Positions 23,486 through 38,049 of a stretch of DNA of 49,603 bases are shown piece by piece; position 1 is the stretch's first letter, and each line of letters begins with the position of its first letter. A program made the translations under genes and the position numbers. Source of the stretch: Octopus bimaculoides (Eukaryota); assembly GCF_001194135.2 (NCBI RefSeq), contig NC_069000.1, positions 13,786,856 through 13,836,458 of the forward strand, given 5' to 3'. Below the pieces are notes generated by a model. The model had not been told where the DNA came from. It ran no database searches and saw nothing but the letters and a program-made list of their open reading frames with translations.

Positions 23486-24817
23486 ATTAATGAAATTCAT
23501 TAATATTATAGGTATGTATTTAATAATCAAAGTACAATACCTGTAGTTTCTACCCAAAACATTTTACTTTTCTCTGACAGAAATTATTGCAATAGCACTT
23601 GTTAGACTACTGTGTGAAAGAAGAACCCTGTTTTTATTTTTAGAAAATGCTATCTGTTTTACTCGTCTGTGATGGAAGTCTTAACTAGATTATTTCAACA
23701 AAATTTTTAACTCAAAGATGTTTATATAAAGGCACATTTGTGTTAGATATCTTTCTGTTAATGTAATTCGTTTTTGAATAACATTTAAATGGTTCTTGGT
23801 ATAACACCACGACATTTAGAAAGCTCACTCTTTCTTAGCTGTTGATACGGTGTATTGCAACTCTTACATTCATCATTAGAATTTAGTGGTGTACTGGTGT
23901 CTTTATCTTAAGCAGTGATGAAGTATTTAGTACCTATATGTTGACCTTGTATAGCAAAATTGTATCTTTCACAGTATGAATGATATAGCAATTATTCAAC
24001 TTACTCACTATTTGTTATTTGTGCAGGCTTGTACATAGTCCATATTTCTTTTTGAACATGTATATGTCTACCAAGATATAGAGACACAACATCCCTATGG
24101 TTACATGAGATATCATTGTAGTCTCAGTTCTTTTTGTTTTTATTTTTGTTTTTTTCAAGTTCACTTCTAATTTGCATGATATTTCTTCCTTCACCAGTGA
24201 ATATTTCTTTGCCTAACCTTAGACATACTTGACTTTTAGATATAGTTTGTCTCTATTTTGAGATTATTGGTGATTATTAGTTTCTTATATTCCAGTTGAT
24301 AGAAGTGATTTTCTTAAGCAACTTGTCAAGTATCTGAAAATTTATTACACCTTTCTGAAATTGAAATCTTTTATAATATTCTATACTTAAACTTATTTTA
24401 TTTATTATAATATTGTAGCATATATTTTCATCTATTTTAAGATATTTTTAGATTTCATCATCTAAATCTAAAACCATAAATAGGTTATTGGGAAAAGCAT
24501 TTTTTTTCTCAGTCCCATTAATGTTTGTAGTATTAATAAGAAAAGTGTAGGTAACAGGCTTTCTTCACTATTTTAAAGACTCAATAGTGAATCAAATTTC
24601 TTTTATAAATAAAGTAACAAGGAGTAGGGACTTTAGTGAATTCTTCTATGGTATTCCGTAATTCAGTGATAAGATTTTATCAGAACTGTTTTAAGCCTTC
24701 AGCAGTAGGAATTTAAGATTGTAGTCCTCATGCATAGTGCAATGATTCTAAAAGTGAATGAGGAATTGAATACAAAAAATACTTATACATGTGTACACAT
24801 ACCAAATATATATCTGT

Positions 24818-24852
<35 letters not shown>

Positions 24853-25211
24853 CATATATATATATCATCATCATCATTGTAATCATTTTACATCAACTTT
24901 CCATAATGGATGGGTTGAATAGGTTGTTGCAGTTAGTCAGCACGTATTCAGAGATATTGCTCACCTCTAGATGGGTTAGAGGACTGCATCTTGCTTGTGT
25001 AGAGTCAGAAGAAACTGATGGTGGTCTGTGTGTCTGCAAAGAAATTATACAGTGAAAATCAAGAATTTGGCTAAGTTCACATGACATGGAGGAATAGAAG
25101 AACCTGATGTTTCAGGACTTAACCTTCATCTGAGAGAAAAGAACATTTTCAACCTTCTCTTTCTTCTTTCTGTCTCTCTCTCCTTCTCACCATATATATA
25201 CATTCATACAT

Positions 25212-25268
<57 letters not shown>

Positions 25269-27939
25269 TATATACACAACACATATACATATAAAAATTT
25301 TCTGTTGATCCATTGAGAAGCAATAAATTACAGAACTCAGTATGTAAATGTAGAGTATTCTTTAATGCATTATAACTGAAAGGATCATAACTTTTAGTAC
25401 TCTGAGTTTCACATTTCCACTCTTTCGGTTAATACTCCAAGTCTGTTTTCTCTTGAATTACCTGTTGTTTGAATATATTTTGAAATATTATATGAAGGTT
25501 ATCACAAGCAAACAAAATGCCTGTTCTAATATAAAAGAAAATTAATGAAGTATTTTATAAAACGATAAACATATAATGGTTGTCAATTGTTTTGGTTATT
25601 ATAACAATCATGGAATTCCTAGATAACTTGGACAATAATGCTTTAAGCATTCTCAACGACTTCTATTTAATATTTCTAAGAGCTCTTCCAATATAATCTA
25701 GCAACTTAAGCAGTTTATTTTTCAATAATATGTTTAACTGTTTTAAATTATTAAGTTTTAGTTCATTAATATTTCAGAATTACTTGTAATTGAAATAATA
25801 ATTTCATTGAGGATAAGATTAATAACAACAATTAACATACAAATGTAAAATCTCAAGATTATCAATCTTTGTCAATTGCCTCATTTATTACTCAAACATT
25901 GGCTATAGATTATTTTATATTAAACTTTTTTTTCTAATTTAAGCTTTTTACATTGAATGAGTCAATAAAGTTACATCTTAAATTTCATAGAATGCAACTG
26001 CTATATAGATTTATAGTTTATCATAATAGATTTTATATTTTTGAAGTTTTTTTTTTTTTTTAATTTTAATTGCAACAAAAATTAACTGAAATGTATTTTA
26101 TTTCACTCTCTTATCATGCAATACCTTCATGAGTTAACATTGTTTCAGATTTAGACTTAACCTAAAACATTACACTATTCTCAAACTATGCAATATTTTC
26201 TTGGTGTATTCATTAATTTATTTTGTGATGTTAAACAAATTTATTTTCAATCTGGATAATTTCAACTGATTTGTGATAATTAACACACCAATGAGAAGCT
26301 ATATATAAAATACTTTCATATTATGCCAATCTCATATCATTAATTATTTAACAAGTGTACTATCAAATATTTCATAATATTCTAGTTAATAATTTGCACT
26401 AAGCTACTAAAACATTATTCTACGTTAAATATTTTGTCTGGAATTGGAATCCATAGACTGATGATATGTATACATGTATGTATATAGGTTCACACACACA
26501 TACACACACACAAATTTTGTTATTGTCAATGCACATAGAAAACTAAGGAGATTTCCCTGACATCTTTCATGGCTAGTTGGTCACTCTTCAACTGACAAGC
26601 ACTCATAACCCACTCCACTTGCAAAGAGAACTTCATTATAATTACTATTTAAATCCTTCACAAGTTAGTACTTTGCTGTAACAGCTAGGCTAATTTGCAT
26701 ACTGTACATTAACAGTATAAGTATTTCGTAAATATATTTAGGCACAAACAGTGTGTAGTAAAATAACTACATTGAATTCTTATGTAGTCACACTACAGTT
26801 TGTAACCCTCAGACTGTGGAAAGAAAAACAAGACGCATTCACATTTACATAACCTAAGTATTACAAACTGTAAACTAAATATATTTAATTTAGCTTAGAC
26901 TTTCTAACCCTTTGTGACTGATGCAAAACCAACTTTCACCCAGAAAGTAACCTACATATTCAACAAATACTTCAAAGAAGGCATTCAACAGAACAATCTC
27001 AAGTCCTGATGGAGCCATGAAAGTAACTACATGGCAGAATCAGGTGTCCCTTGATTGTGTCCCCCACCATGCATGCAATGCCAGCCACTGAGCCTTTGGC
27101 ACCGTGAAGCTGCTAGTCATTCATCACTCACAATGTCAGTTTAAGATACGAACTCAGTCCAGAAAGCTCAAGCAAGCAGAATTCACATGACCAAACAGTT
27201 AACTCAGGCCTTTTCAAACATGGCCTACCTTCTTTTCATGAGATGTATGAGGTCTTTGTTTTACCACACATCTCGTAGTGAGCATGAGTTGCTTGGAGAG
27301 GCCCTCATCAACCTGCAAGAGTTGTCAATGAATATTGCACTGGACTTGCTACACAAACTAAGACAGTTGAACATCTGATAGTTAAAACTGTTTCTTTCAC
27401 TTGGACATGGATTCCACATCAGTGCTAGAGGACTCCAGCTAATTGCTGATCTTGAACACAAAGCTGCCAGCCTCCAAACTTCTGTGGTAGACAGGTAAAA
27501 TGTGTGTGTATGTGCATGTGTGTAACTGTTAAAAAATCTGAGTTGCAAAAACAGGCACTAATACATTAAGTAATAGAGTGAGTATCTTATGCATCCATCT
27601 ATATATTTATATACGTCATGTAAATACATGTTCATTTATATATATATTCACAAACACACTTATGTGTGTTGTGTTATATATATATATACTAACATATATA
27701 TGTGGATATATAAATGTCTATGTAAATAGATAATAGATCATGAAAAACTTCAGTAACAATGTTGATGTATTTGGAAGAAACTTGCAACAGCAAATTGAGA
27801 ACACACCAAAGCTAACAGGAAATACTGGAGACAGATTCCTGGCATGACATGGAAAAGTGCATTTTAGTTTGAACCACTTGAAGAAGTTATGCATATATGC
27901 ACACACACACACTGGTACATATGTATATGTTTATATATA

Positions 27940-27970
<31 letters not shown>

Positions 27971-27980
27971 NNNNNNNNNN

Positions 27981-28017
<37 letters not shown>

Positions 28018-28256
28018 CATGTATGAATATGTACATATATAAATATATCAACATCATTATTATCTTTGTGTTGATGCCCACTTTTCCATACCTACATGGA
28101 TCAGACGGAATTAGATAAGACAGATTTTCTATGGCTGCATACTCTTCCTGTCACCAACTCTTATCAAAAAAAGGTTATATTTTCATATCACCAGACATGA
28201 TTTCAAGGAAGATTGGCTAGAATGGCACTACATGCATGACAGTGATACTTGTTTAT

Positions 28257-28308
<52 letters not shown>

Positions 28309-28689
28309 GGGCTCTCTTCAGTTTCATGTGTAAAAACCACTCGTAAGTTTTGTCTTTGCAGAAGACTGTTTATGAATAGCTTATTTGAAAAATGCACCAT
28401 CCAACCTACAATTGTTAGAAATACAAACACCACTTCACAAAAAGTAATTAACTAACTAATGAACAGGCCAGAAAAACATCGCCCAATCAATAAACATGAA
28501 AAGCAAACCAGTGAACAAACACAAGTACAAGATCACACGTAACAAAGGATATAAATACATTCTCATTACCTAGTTGTAGTAGTTCTTGCCTGCAGATTGC
28601 AGTGGCATGAAACTTGAGTTGTGAGACAAACTCACAGTTTTAGTTGCAAAAAACTATGTGTATATATGTGTGTATGATTAATGTAAGTG

Positions 28690-29105
28690 AAGGTATAGCT
28701 GCATGAAGAATTCTGTTTCACAGCCAAGTGGTTTTCAGTTCAATCTCACAGCACATCACCATCAACAAGTATCTTCTACTATCACCCCTAAGCATTGTGA
28801 GTGAATTTGGTTGACAATAACTGAAAGAAACCTATCACACATATATGTGTGTGTCTGTGTTCCTGTATGTATCCATGTAGTGACATCATGTGATGGTTGT
28901 AAACAAGCTTCATCAATACAACTGAGGAAGTTTATTAACAGTCTTCTTTAAAAACGATGTCTGGCCATGGGGAATTATTATTTTGCTTGAAAAAAATTGA
29001 GGGTTGGCAACAGGATGGGTATCCAGATATATAAAATCTGCCTCAGCAAATTCTGCTTGATCCATGCAAACATAGAAAAGTAGATGTTATTTGATGATGA
29101 TGGTC
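28690..29105 (+). mobile_element. Degraded tRNA-derived SINE with (GAT)n-type tail
   Basis: Head resembles the 1405-1714 family (..AAGTATCTTCTACTAT..GTGAGTGAATTTGGTTGAC..AACTGAAAGAAACC); 3' end CATGCAAACATAGAAAAGTAGATGTTA..GATGATGATG. Confidence 0.6.
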
Positions 29106-29487
29106 ATATATATATATATATGTATATATAAATATATGTATGCATGTATACATATATATGTATATGTGTGCACATGTTTATAAATATATAATCATGTGTC
29201 TATGTATGTATGTATGTATATGTGCATGTACATGCATGGGTGTATGTATGTGCCTCTTTGTCATGACATTGTAGGATAGTTATAAATGAGCATCATGGTC
29301 ATACAAGGAGAATCCCTTATTTTCAGTCTTCTATGAAAACTTGTCTGAACATAGGGAAATATTGCCTTGCTTGAAACAGGTGAAAGTTGGTAAAAGAAGG
29401 GCAATCAGTTATAAAGACATGGAAAATTGGATGTTAAAACGATGTTGATGATGATGATTAACATATATATATATATATATTTGTGTG

Positions 29488-29523
<36 letters not shown>

Positions 29524-30165
29524 TAATACACAAGTGCAGAATAAAACAGGTGAGTTTTTGAAAGTGATTTTATAGCATTATGAATTACATATTTTCACAT
29601 GAGTTTCACTAGAAAATTCTGGTATGCCAAGCAATAATTATTGCGTTAACATTTACATTTGGATAATAAGCTGGGAATGCCAGAAGAATATTGTTCATCT
29701 ATTTCAGTGCTACATACCAACATAAGCATATTGAGAGAAGCAAGATAAAATTCTTGTATTTTCTCAATATCAGCCAACCTGTATTGTTAATAATACTAAA
29801 TTGAATTACAATATTCATCTGAAGATCTGATATTTTAACCCTATTATGAAAATGTTTACATAGCATTTTTCATTTAACATACCAGAATTGGCATTTGAAA
29901 CACCTGTAAGATTGTACGATTTATGATGTTATAATAAATTAACTAAATCAAAATCTCCTGATATATATTCTGCACTTAGATATATACTCCGTAAATTATT
30001 CAAATGTATATAGTACTAAGCAGAAATCTGAGGACGTATAACATTTAGTACACAATAAAAAATCTAGATATACGAAGGTTTACATGGAGTCTTAAACATT
30101 GGTTAACTGTTGTGCTATCTGAAACCAAATAGCACTTATTAATGACATACATATATGCATTTATG

Positions 30166-30206
<41 letters not shown>

Positions 30207-30292
30207 TACACACACACATGTATATATGTATGCTTACATATATATGTGTGTGAGGTGTGTAATTACATATATACACACATCCATATATATGT

Positions 30293-30327
<35 letters not shown>

Positions 30328-33300
30328 TATATACACACACATATATACACACACACATAAACATTCATATGTGTATGTAAACATATGCATATTTTTATGC
30401 ATTTAGATACTCATAGGTTGATATAACATAAGCAGACTGATAAATAGCGGTACAAGCACACACACACACACACATACACACACACATATATATATACATT
30501 TACATTTACAGCTATGTGTGAGTTTGTGTATATGTGTGTGTGTATGCATTCTTGCAGTTTCTATCAGTTGATCTTAATTGGTGTTTTTAGCAACATAATC
30601 TACAAAACATTTCTTGTGTCTGTTAACTTTATGGTTCAGAGTTTTAATTTCATACATTTTATATCACATTTATACATCTGTCTTAGCCTTTTACAATTAT
30701 TTATTGATTTTTTTTTTATTGCCAATTTACATTTATCACTGTTTATTAAGTAGCAATTATTATTAGACATCCACTTTGCTATTCCAGAAAAATCAGTGTG
30801 GAATTTTCACTCTCCAGTTTGGCAGCCTAGCAAGCAACTGTCACAATGCCTTTTCATTTGTTTTTCGTTGTCATTGTTGTGGTGGTTGGGGTTGTGAAAG
30901 CTTTGAGGTCTTTTGGGTTTGTTTTTTCTTTTTTTTTTTCTTATGAAATGATTTATTTTTGTGGGAAATGATGGAGTGCATACTTTGGTTTGTGATGAGA
31001 ATATTTAAAAAAAAAAAAGAAAAAACTCATTCAGTTAACAGGAAATTCAAGTGTATAACAGATCTAGAGCAATAATATCTTAAGAAATGAAAATGATTCA
31101 AAATGAACATGAAGTGTAATAAAAAGCACAAACAATATTACCAAAAAAAAAAATTGTTTTATATGTTATCTTTCAAACATTGTCTTATAAACTTTTGCAT
31201 CTTTTTGAGAAANNNNNNNNNNNNNNNNNNNNNNNNNNNNNNNNNNNNNNNNNNNNNNNNNNNNNNNNNNNNNNNNNNNNNNNNNNNNNNNNNNNNNNNN
31301 NNNNNNNNNNNNNNNNNNNNNNNNNNNNNNNNNNNNNNNNNNNNNNNNNNNNNNNNNNNNNNNNNNNNNNNNNNNNNNNNNNNNNNNNNNNNNNNNNNNN
31401 NNNNNNNNNNNNNNNNNNNNNNNNNNNNNNNNNNNNNNNNNNNNNNNNNNNNNNNNNNNNNNNNNNNNNNNNNNNNNNNNNNNNNNNNNNNNNNNNNNNN
31501 NNNNNNNNNNNNNNNNNNNNNNNNNNNNNNNNNNNNNNNNNNNNNNNNNNNNNNNNNNNNNNNNNNNNNNNNNNNNNNNNNNNNNNNNNNNNNNNNNNNN
31601 NNNNNNNNNNNNNNNNNNNNNNNNNNNNNNNNNNNNNNNNGAACTTAGATAATTGAACTTAGATAATATATAATTATCTAATGTAGCAAGCCAGAATGGC
31701 AAAGATTATGGTATGCATTAAATTGAAATTGAAAATTTGTTTCAGAAAAATTTTATCAACTTAAAACATACTAGGTCAGAGAAAACCTGTGTTAGTCTCT
31801 GTAGGCAAAAAAAGTAAAACAACATATAAATATTTTTCAAGTTATACAATTTTTAAGATGATAAGAAATCTTCACTCAGGCAGGTCTCATTGGAAGCATA
31901 ATTGTATTTTGTTTAATAAAATTATCAATCTATTTTTCAAATGATTAACATTTTTTTCTATTATAATTATCAAAATTTCAATGAAATTTTTACATAAAGA
32001 TTGTTTTTATGATGTATTATTAATTATGATGACACTATTTTGTAATTCTGAATAGCAAAAGTTTCTACGACTCATTTGCTATTATAGACATTTTGATTGA
32101 TTGTTTCTTTTCAATAAGCATATTTACTTCATATGTAGATAAGAATAATGATTAAAAACCTAGCGCCTGCCTTAGATGAAATAACTATTGATAATTTCAA
32201 AGTAATATCTAAAGATTTACTCCTACATAAGAATTTGAAACATAAATGTCATTTACTACTAGTAATTATATATATACATATACATGTTGTGTATCTATAT
32301 ATATAGGTTTCTTTTCTATATATCATTTCTTCAAACACAGTCTTTTCTGAAACTTACCTATTTCTAATTTAGCAGATATTTCTTTCAGATGAGGAGAGAA
32401 CTTTTTAGTTGGTTAAATAATTCAAAACAAATAGTGACTTCTTTAACTATGCTCTTCTATATTTAACATTTTTTATTGTGAAATATTTGTTCTGATAAAT
32501 GTTCTTAGTGATAATATTTCCCCCTGAGATTGTTGTATTAACAATAATGAACTCTTTTAGGAAATGACTATCTTATCAAATCAATCCTAAACTTTGTTGT
32601 TTTACCCTACTTTGCAAAGTAGGCTGTGCATTTTTACTATTTGTAATCCAACTGCATGCATTGGTAAAATATTTTTTAATATAACTATTATTGTTATCAT
32701 TATCATTATAATCAGCAAAACATTATCATTGTTGTTATCATTGAGATTGTTTTAATATTGATTATTATTGTATTCAGCATTAGCATCATAGCTATTGTTA
32801 ACATTTTCCTTAGAATCTTGAGATTATATTTTGATTTATGAATTGAGCATGATGGATTTGAAGCTGAAATAACTGAACCTAAGGTGATTATATATATACA
32901 CATAGCAAGCAGTATAGTATAATTTTAACAAAAATATTTTTTCGTTTATTTTTCTATTTTTTGAAAAAAAAGAAACTCTATCAATTTCATTATTCTGCAT
33001 TTGTCAATCTTCATTATTGTCTAATTTATCTAGATCATTTTAAATGGGTATTCAGATTATAAAAAAAAAAAAAATTGGTAATTTAATTTTTAACAGACAA
33101 ATTTCTCTCCCCCTACCGCTTTTTCTTTTCTTTATCTATATGTTCCCACCCCCCATACTACTGAAACCAATTTAATATGTTGCAATTTTTAAAGGTTAGT
33201 TTGTTTTTAATAAATACATTATATTATTATTATTATTATTTATTTTATAAGTAGCTATAATTAAGGTTAAAAAAAATAATGTACCTGCCTTAGGTGAGAC

Positions 33301-33362
33301 AATTATTGATAATTAACTTTACTACTACTATTATTCTACCACTACTATTCTACTACTACTAC

Positions 33363-33397
<35 letters not shown>

Positions 33398-35111
33398 TTA
33401 ATAATACCTCAAGCAATAATATAACTAATACTTTTTACCTCTGCTGCTGGTCCTTTATCAAAAATTTTAAAACATGAAATTAAAAAAACATTAATTAGCA
33501 TAATTTACAAAATGAGTAGAATACATTTGAATTCACATCATCTTTGCAATGGGCCCTTTCATTCTTTTTAAATCTTATCATCAAGACTTGAGCCACATTA
33601 AGAACACTAAATCATTGGAATTGAAATATTTTTTACTCAACGGTTTTATCAATGTACTTAGTCATCTTGTGATTAATAGAAAATGTTTATCATTTACATA
33701 TTTTTGTCTAATTTTTTCTTTCATTTTATTTTAATTGAAATTTCCCAGTTGTTATTTTTTAATATTACCATTTCAACTTGAAGATGTATATCCATTTGTC
33801 ATTGTTAGACAATGAAGGACTATATACTCATTGTAACATGTTAGTATCTAGATGGAATTCTACCATCAATTTTATCTTGTTATCAAAGAAAACTTTGATC
33901 TTTGTTATGTCAACATATTTCTTTATTAAATAGACTAAATGGATTTTGTTTTAATATTAGAGAAAATAGAAAGATATGAAGACGAATACATACAAAAAAA
34001 TCTAATGCTCATATATTAAAGTTTTATCGTTAAAGAATATGAAAGAATATTAAGTTGTAGATTATTTAGATATCATTCCAAAGTGGAGAGAATTTTAAGA
34101 AAAATGCTTAATTTAAAGTATCTTTTCCTAAGTTCTACATTGCTATTATATAGTAAAAATACCATAAAGACAAATTTGGCAAAAAAAAAAAAAAAAAAAA
34201 AAAAAAGAGACAGAGATGAATATTTGTACTGGAGTATGTAGCTTCAAATTTATTGGAGACAGGGAAGTAGAATGTAATGGGAGGGGAATTATCTTACCCA
34301 AAACCATACATGGACCAAGTAAATTGGTTCCAAATGGAAATAAAAACTAGATCATGAGAACATACCACTGCCCCATAGAGTCTAAAACATTGTTACCACA
34401 ATGATGGTACAGCACAATATCCATCATCTTTTAATGAAGGGATAATAAGTATGGGTGCAGACATGCTGTTCCATGTTCATTCTTACTGTGCAACAACTTA
34501 GGCGAGTGTTTTCTTCTGTAGTCCTGACTTAACTTACACCATTGTGAATTAAATTTGGTCAATGGAAACTGCAGAAGCCCATCATGATGTATGTATGTAT
34601 GTATGTATGCATGTATGTATGCATGCATGTATGTCTGTATGTATGTATATAATAATNNNNNNNNNNNNNNNNNNNNNNNNNNNNNNNNNNNNNNNNNNNN
34701 NNNNNNNNNNNNNNNNNNNNNNNNNNNNNNNNNNNNNNNNNNNNNNNNNNNNNNNNNNNNNNNNNNNNNNNNNNNNNNNNNNNNNNNNNNNNNNNNNNNN
34801 NNNNNNNNNNNNNNNNNNNNNNNNNNNNNNNNNNNNNNNNNNNNNNNNNNNNNNNNNNNNNNNNNNNNNNNNNNNNNNNNNNNNNNNNNNNNNNNNNNNN
34901 NNNNNNNNNNNNNNNNNNNNNNNNNNNNNNNNNNNNNNNNNNNNNNNNNNNNNNNNNNNNNNNNNNNNNNNNNNNNNNNNNNNNNNNNNNNNNNNNNNNN
35001 NNNNNNNNNNNNNNNNNNNNNNNNNNNNNNNNNNNNNNNNNNNNNNNNNNNNNNNNNNNNNNNNNNNNNNNNNNNNNNNNNNNNNNNNNNNNNNNNNNNN
35101 NNNNNNNNNNN

Positions 35112-35155
<44 letters not shown>

Positions 35156-35179
35156 GAATATATATGCATATGCATACAT

Positions 35180-35215
<36 letters not shown>

Positions 35216-36409
35216 TTATATACACACATATATACATGTGTGCATTAGTCTTTTTGTTATACCTCTATAAAGTGGTGCACTGAGTTGCATCCCTGTATAT
35301 CAAAAGGTAACTTAGCCATTCAACAAATAGAGATCAATGACAATAAGTACCCGAGTGAAATAGATAGTGGGTTTGATATGATCAAGTTAACCCCTTTGAA
35401 GTGACTCCCTAGCATGGTTGCAGTTCAATTAAGAGAAGCCAGTAAAGAAGTACATAGAAGTGAAAGTAAATATTAATAAACCATATCTTGTAAGAAATCC
35501 TTGTCTACAAGAAAAATGAAATCTACCACTAATGTGCTAGATTAAACCTAATAAGACTTATTGGCATCAACAAAAAACAAATTTTTTTGAATGTTCTCTC
35601 AACTATATGTCAATGAAACATGCTTTACCTTTGGGAGAAACAAAAAAACTAAAAGAAGACGGCTTTTTTTTTTTTTTTTCAAGGAGGGGAGGATCTGTTT
35701 TGTTAAAATTTTGTAAAAATGTTAAAATTTACTTAAAGAATGTTAGTCTTTATTTGTTACTTTTTAACCATCTATGTTTTCTTTGTTATGATGGAAAGTA
35801 TATTTATTCTCCAATTCGGTTGTAAATAACAAATTTCACAGTTAGTCGAATAGATAAAACAAAAAAGAGTATTATTTTGAAAAAAAAAAAAAGACCCACT
35901 AATTCTGTCTGTTTTATTTTGTCCATTGACTTTCATGTTAGCGACTGACTCAACCAGAAAGTCAAATCCATAAANNNNNNNNNNCCTTAAAACAGTCATT
36001 TGTAAAACACTGATTCTTGTATGAGGTACAATAACCATGTGTTTAACATAGCAACCTACTGGTCATAATTTTAAAATTCCTTACTGTCATTGTATCATGC
36101 CACTGAGCAAAGCATCTAACTTTGCTTGCTCCATTTTACCTGTACAAAATCAGGCTCAGAGTTGAGGGGCTAGAAGTAGCCAACCACAAATAAATCCTCC
36201 CACCTATGCAAGTATAGAAAAAATGGATATAACACAAAAAAAATCTGTGGTCCTCTTGTTAAATTGTGTGACGAAAGAATGAGTTTTGTTTCTCTTTCTT
36301 TTTTTTTTTTTGTCTCATACAAAGGATTTTAATTACTGTAAAATATTTTGAGTTAAAATATCTACTTATGAAATGTGTGATATGTAAAGTGTACTGGCAT
36401 AGGCTAGAA

Positions 36410-36572
36410 CAGGCATGGGCAACCTTTTTCGAGAAGCGGGCCGCATGAGACATTGCATGTTATCAAGCGGGCTGCATTACTAAAAAATTCAAGATAATAT
36501 TTCGTTAGACATGCAATTCAGAAAGTCCATCGAGCCACATGGAGCCCATAGGCTGCAGTTTGCCCATGGCTG
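36410..36572. mobile_element. hAT-family MITE (163 bp) with 8-bp target-site duplication
   Basis: TIRs CAGGCATGGGCAA.. and ..TTGCCCATGGCTG. Flanks GGCTAGAA (36402-36409) and GTCTAGAA (36573-36580) fit the NTCTAGAN target typical of Charlie/Buster-type hAT elements. Confidence 0.85.
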
Positions 36573-37329
36573 GTCTAGAAGCAGTGAGGATGGTAATATC
36601 AATAGAGAAACAAAATTATGTGATTTCTAATTACTGTATTAAACTCAGTTTGGAATTCAAATATCATTGGCATCAATTTTGCCTTTAACCCTTTTAGGGG
36701 TCCACGAACTAACCAACAGGTTAATACACTATCTAACCAATACAGGTTAATACAATAACTTCACTCAACTCTCTCTTTATAAAACTTGTCCTTTATAGAA
36801 ATCTCTTTGTTTTCAGATAAATGTTTTTTTGAATTAATCTGTTTAACTGAACATCTAAAGTTAGCATATAGTAGTAATTGTTAATAACTTGCAGATCTAA
36901 AATGTTGAAATTCTTTCTCAGTGGCATTGCCAAATCAACTCATTGTGAAAATTGTTCAGTTTCATTTTAATAAAACTTTACATTTGAAAAGAACAACGTT
37001 ATTATGTCTTAGAATCATTGTCACTAAGCACTTCTTTTACAGACGAGCAAAATATCTTTTAGTCAGACTTCTATCTTCTTTACTTCTTTTCTTCTTTACT
37101 TTTTAAGTTCTTTAAAATTATTCCTTACATTTCACCAAAGTAATACACATACATTCATTTACACACACACGCATGCTCGCATAGACACACACACACACAT
37201 AATTGGCAGTAGTTACAGACTGTCTCAATAGCCAAGAGTTTTGTGCATTGGCACTTATCTAACAAAACTCTCAGCCCTTGAGCCACTTCATAACTTCTTC
37301 CAATTAAATAAAAATATATTTACTCATGT

Positions 37330-37670
37330 TGTGAGCTCTCGCTTCCTGTTCATGCTTCACCACCTCATCCCATGTCTTCCTGGATCTACCTCTTCCAGTT
37401 AGAGAACAGGACTTCTTTATACAGCTGTCTTCATCCATATGCATCACATGACGATACCAGCACAGTCATCTCTCTTGCACACCACATCTGTTGCCACTTT
37501 TGCCCAACTGTTTTCTCTAGATGCTTACACTCTGTTATACATGCACACTGACATTGCACTCCCAACAGAGCATACTAGATTCATTTTTCTCAAGCCTTCT
37601 CATGTCCTCAGCAGTCACAGCCCAGTGAAATATGGGCTGTGACTGCAGAGGACATGCAAAGGCTTGAAAT
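37330..37670 (-). mobile_element. RTE-clade LINE 3' ORF fragment with inverted duplicated end
   Basis: Minus strand reads WAVTAEDMRRLEKNESSMLCW..WYRHVMHMDEDSCIKK..GRSRKTWDEVVK, matching the RTE C-terminal ETW..L...E..MLRW, W.GHV.RM and RP.K.W motifs. The segment 37633-37667 repeats WAVTAEDMQRLE on the plus strand. Confidence 0.8.
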
Positions 37671-38049
37671 AAATCTTTCTTACTACTAACATTTAGGTCC
37701 AAGTTGCTTGAAATAAGAGCTCTTTTAATTATGTGCCATCAGTGAGGCACATTGGCAAGTGTCTTTCATCTTCACTGACAGTGATGTTCTCAGTGATCTT
37801 TGCATTGAGAAATGAACTGTCCTTTACTGCAGCATTCTCAAGAGATGTTAAGTCATGGGGGAGCTGAAAGAAATCAAAATCTTTTAATTGATCTGAAGAG
37901 AGTAATGTATTGATTTCAAATTTTGGCACAAGGCCAGCAATTTCAGGGGAGGGGGTAAGTCGATTACATTGACCCCAATGTTCAACTGGTGCTTATTGTA
38001 GGGTTCTGCTAAGTCAGCTGCTAGACACCATTACTTGTTAATGCCAAGA

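Noticed and set aside
31641-31667. GAACTTAGATAAT repeated twice at a gap edge
   Set aside because: Contig-end location makes an artefact or trivial duplication likely.
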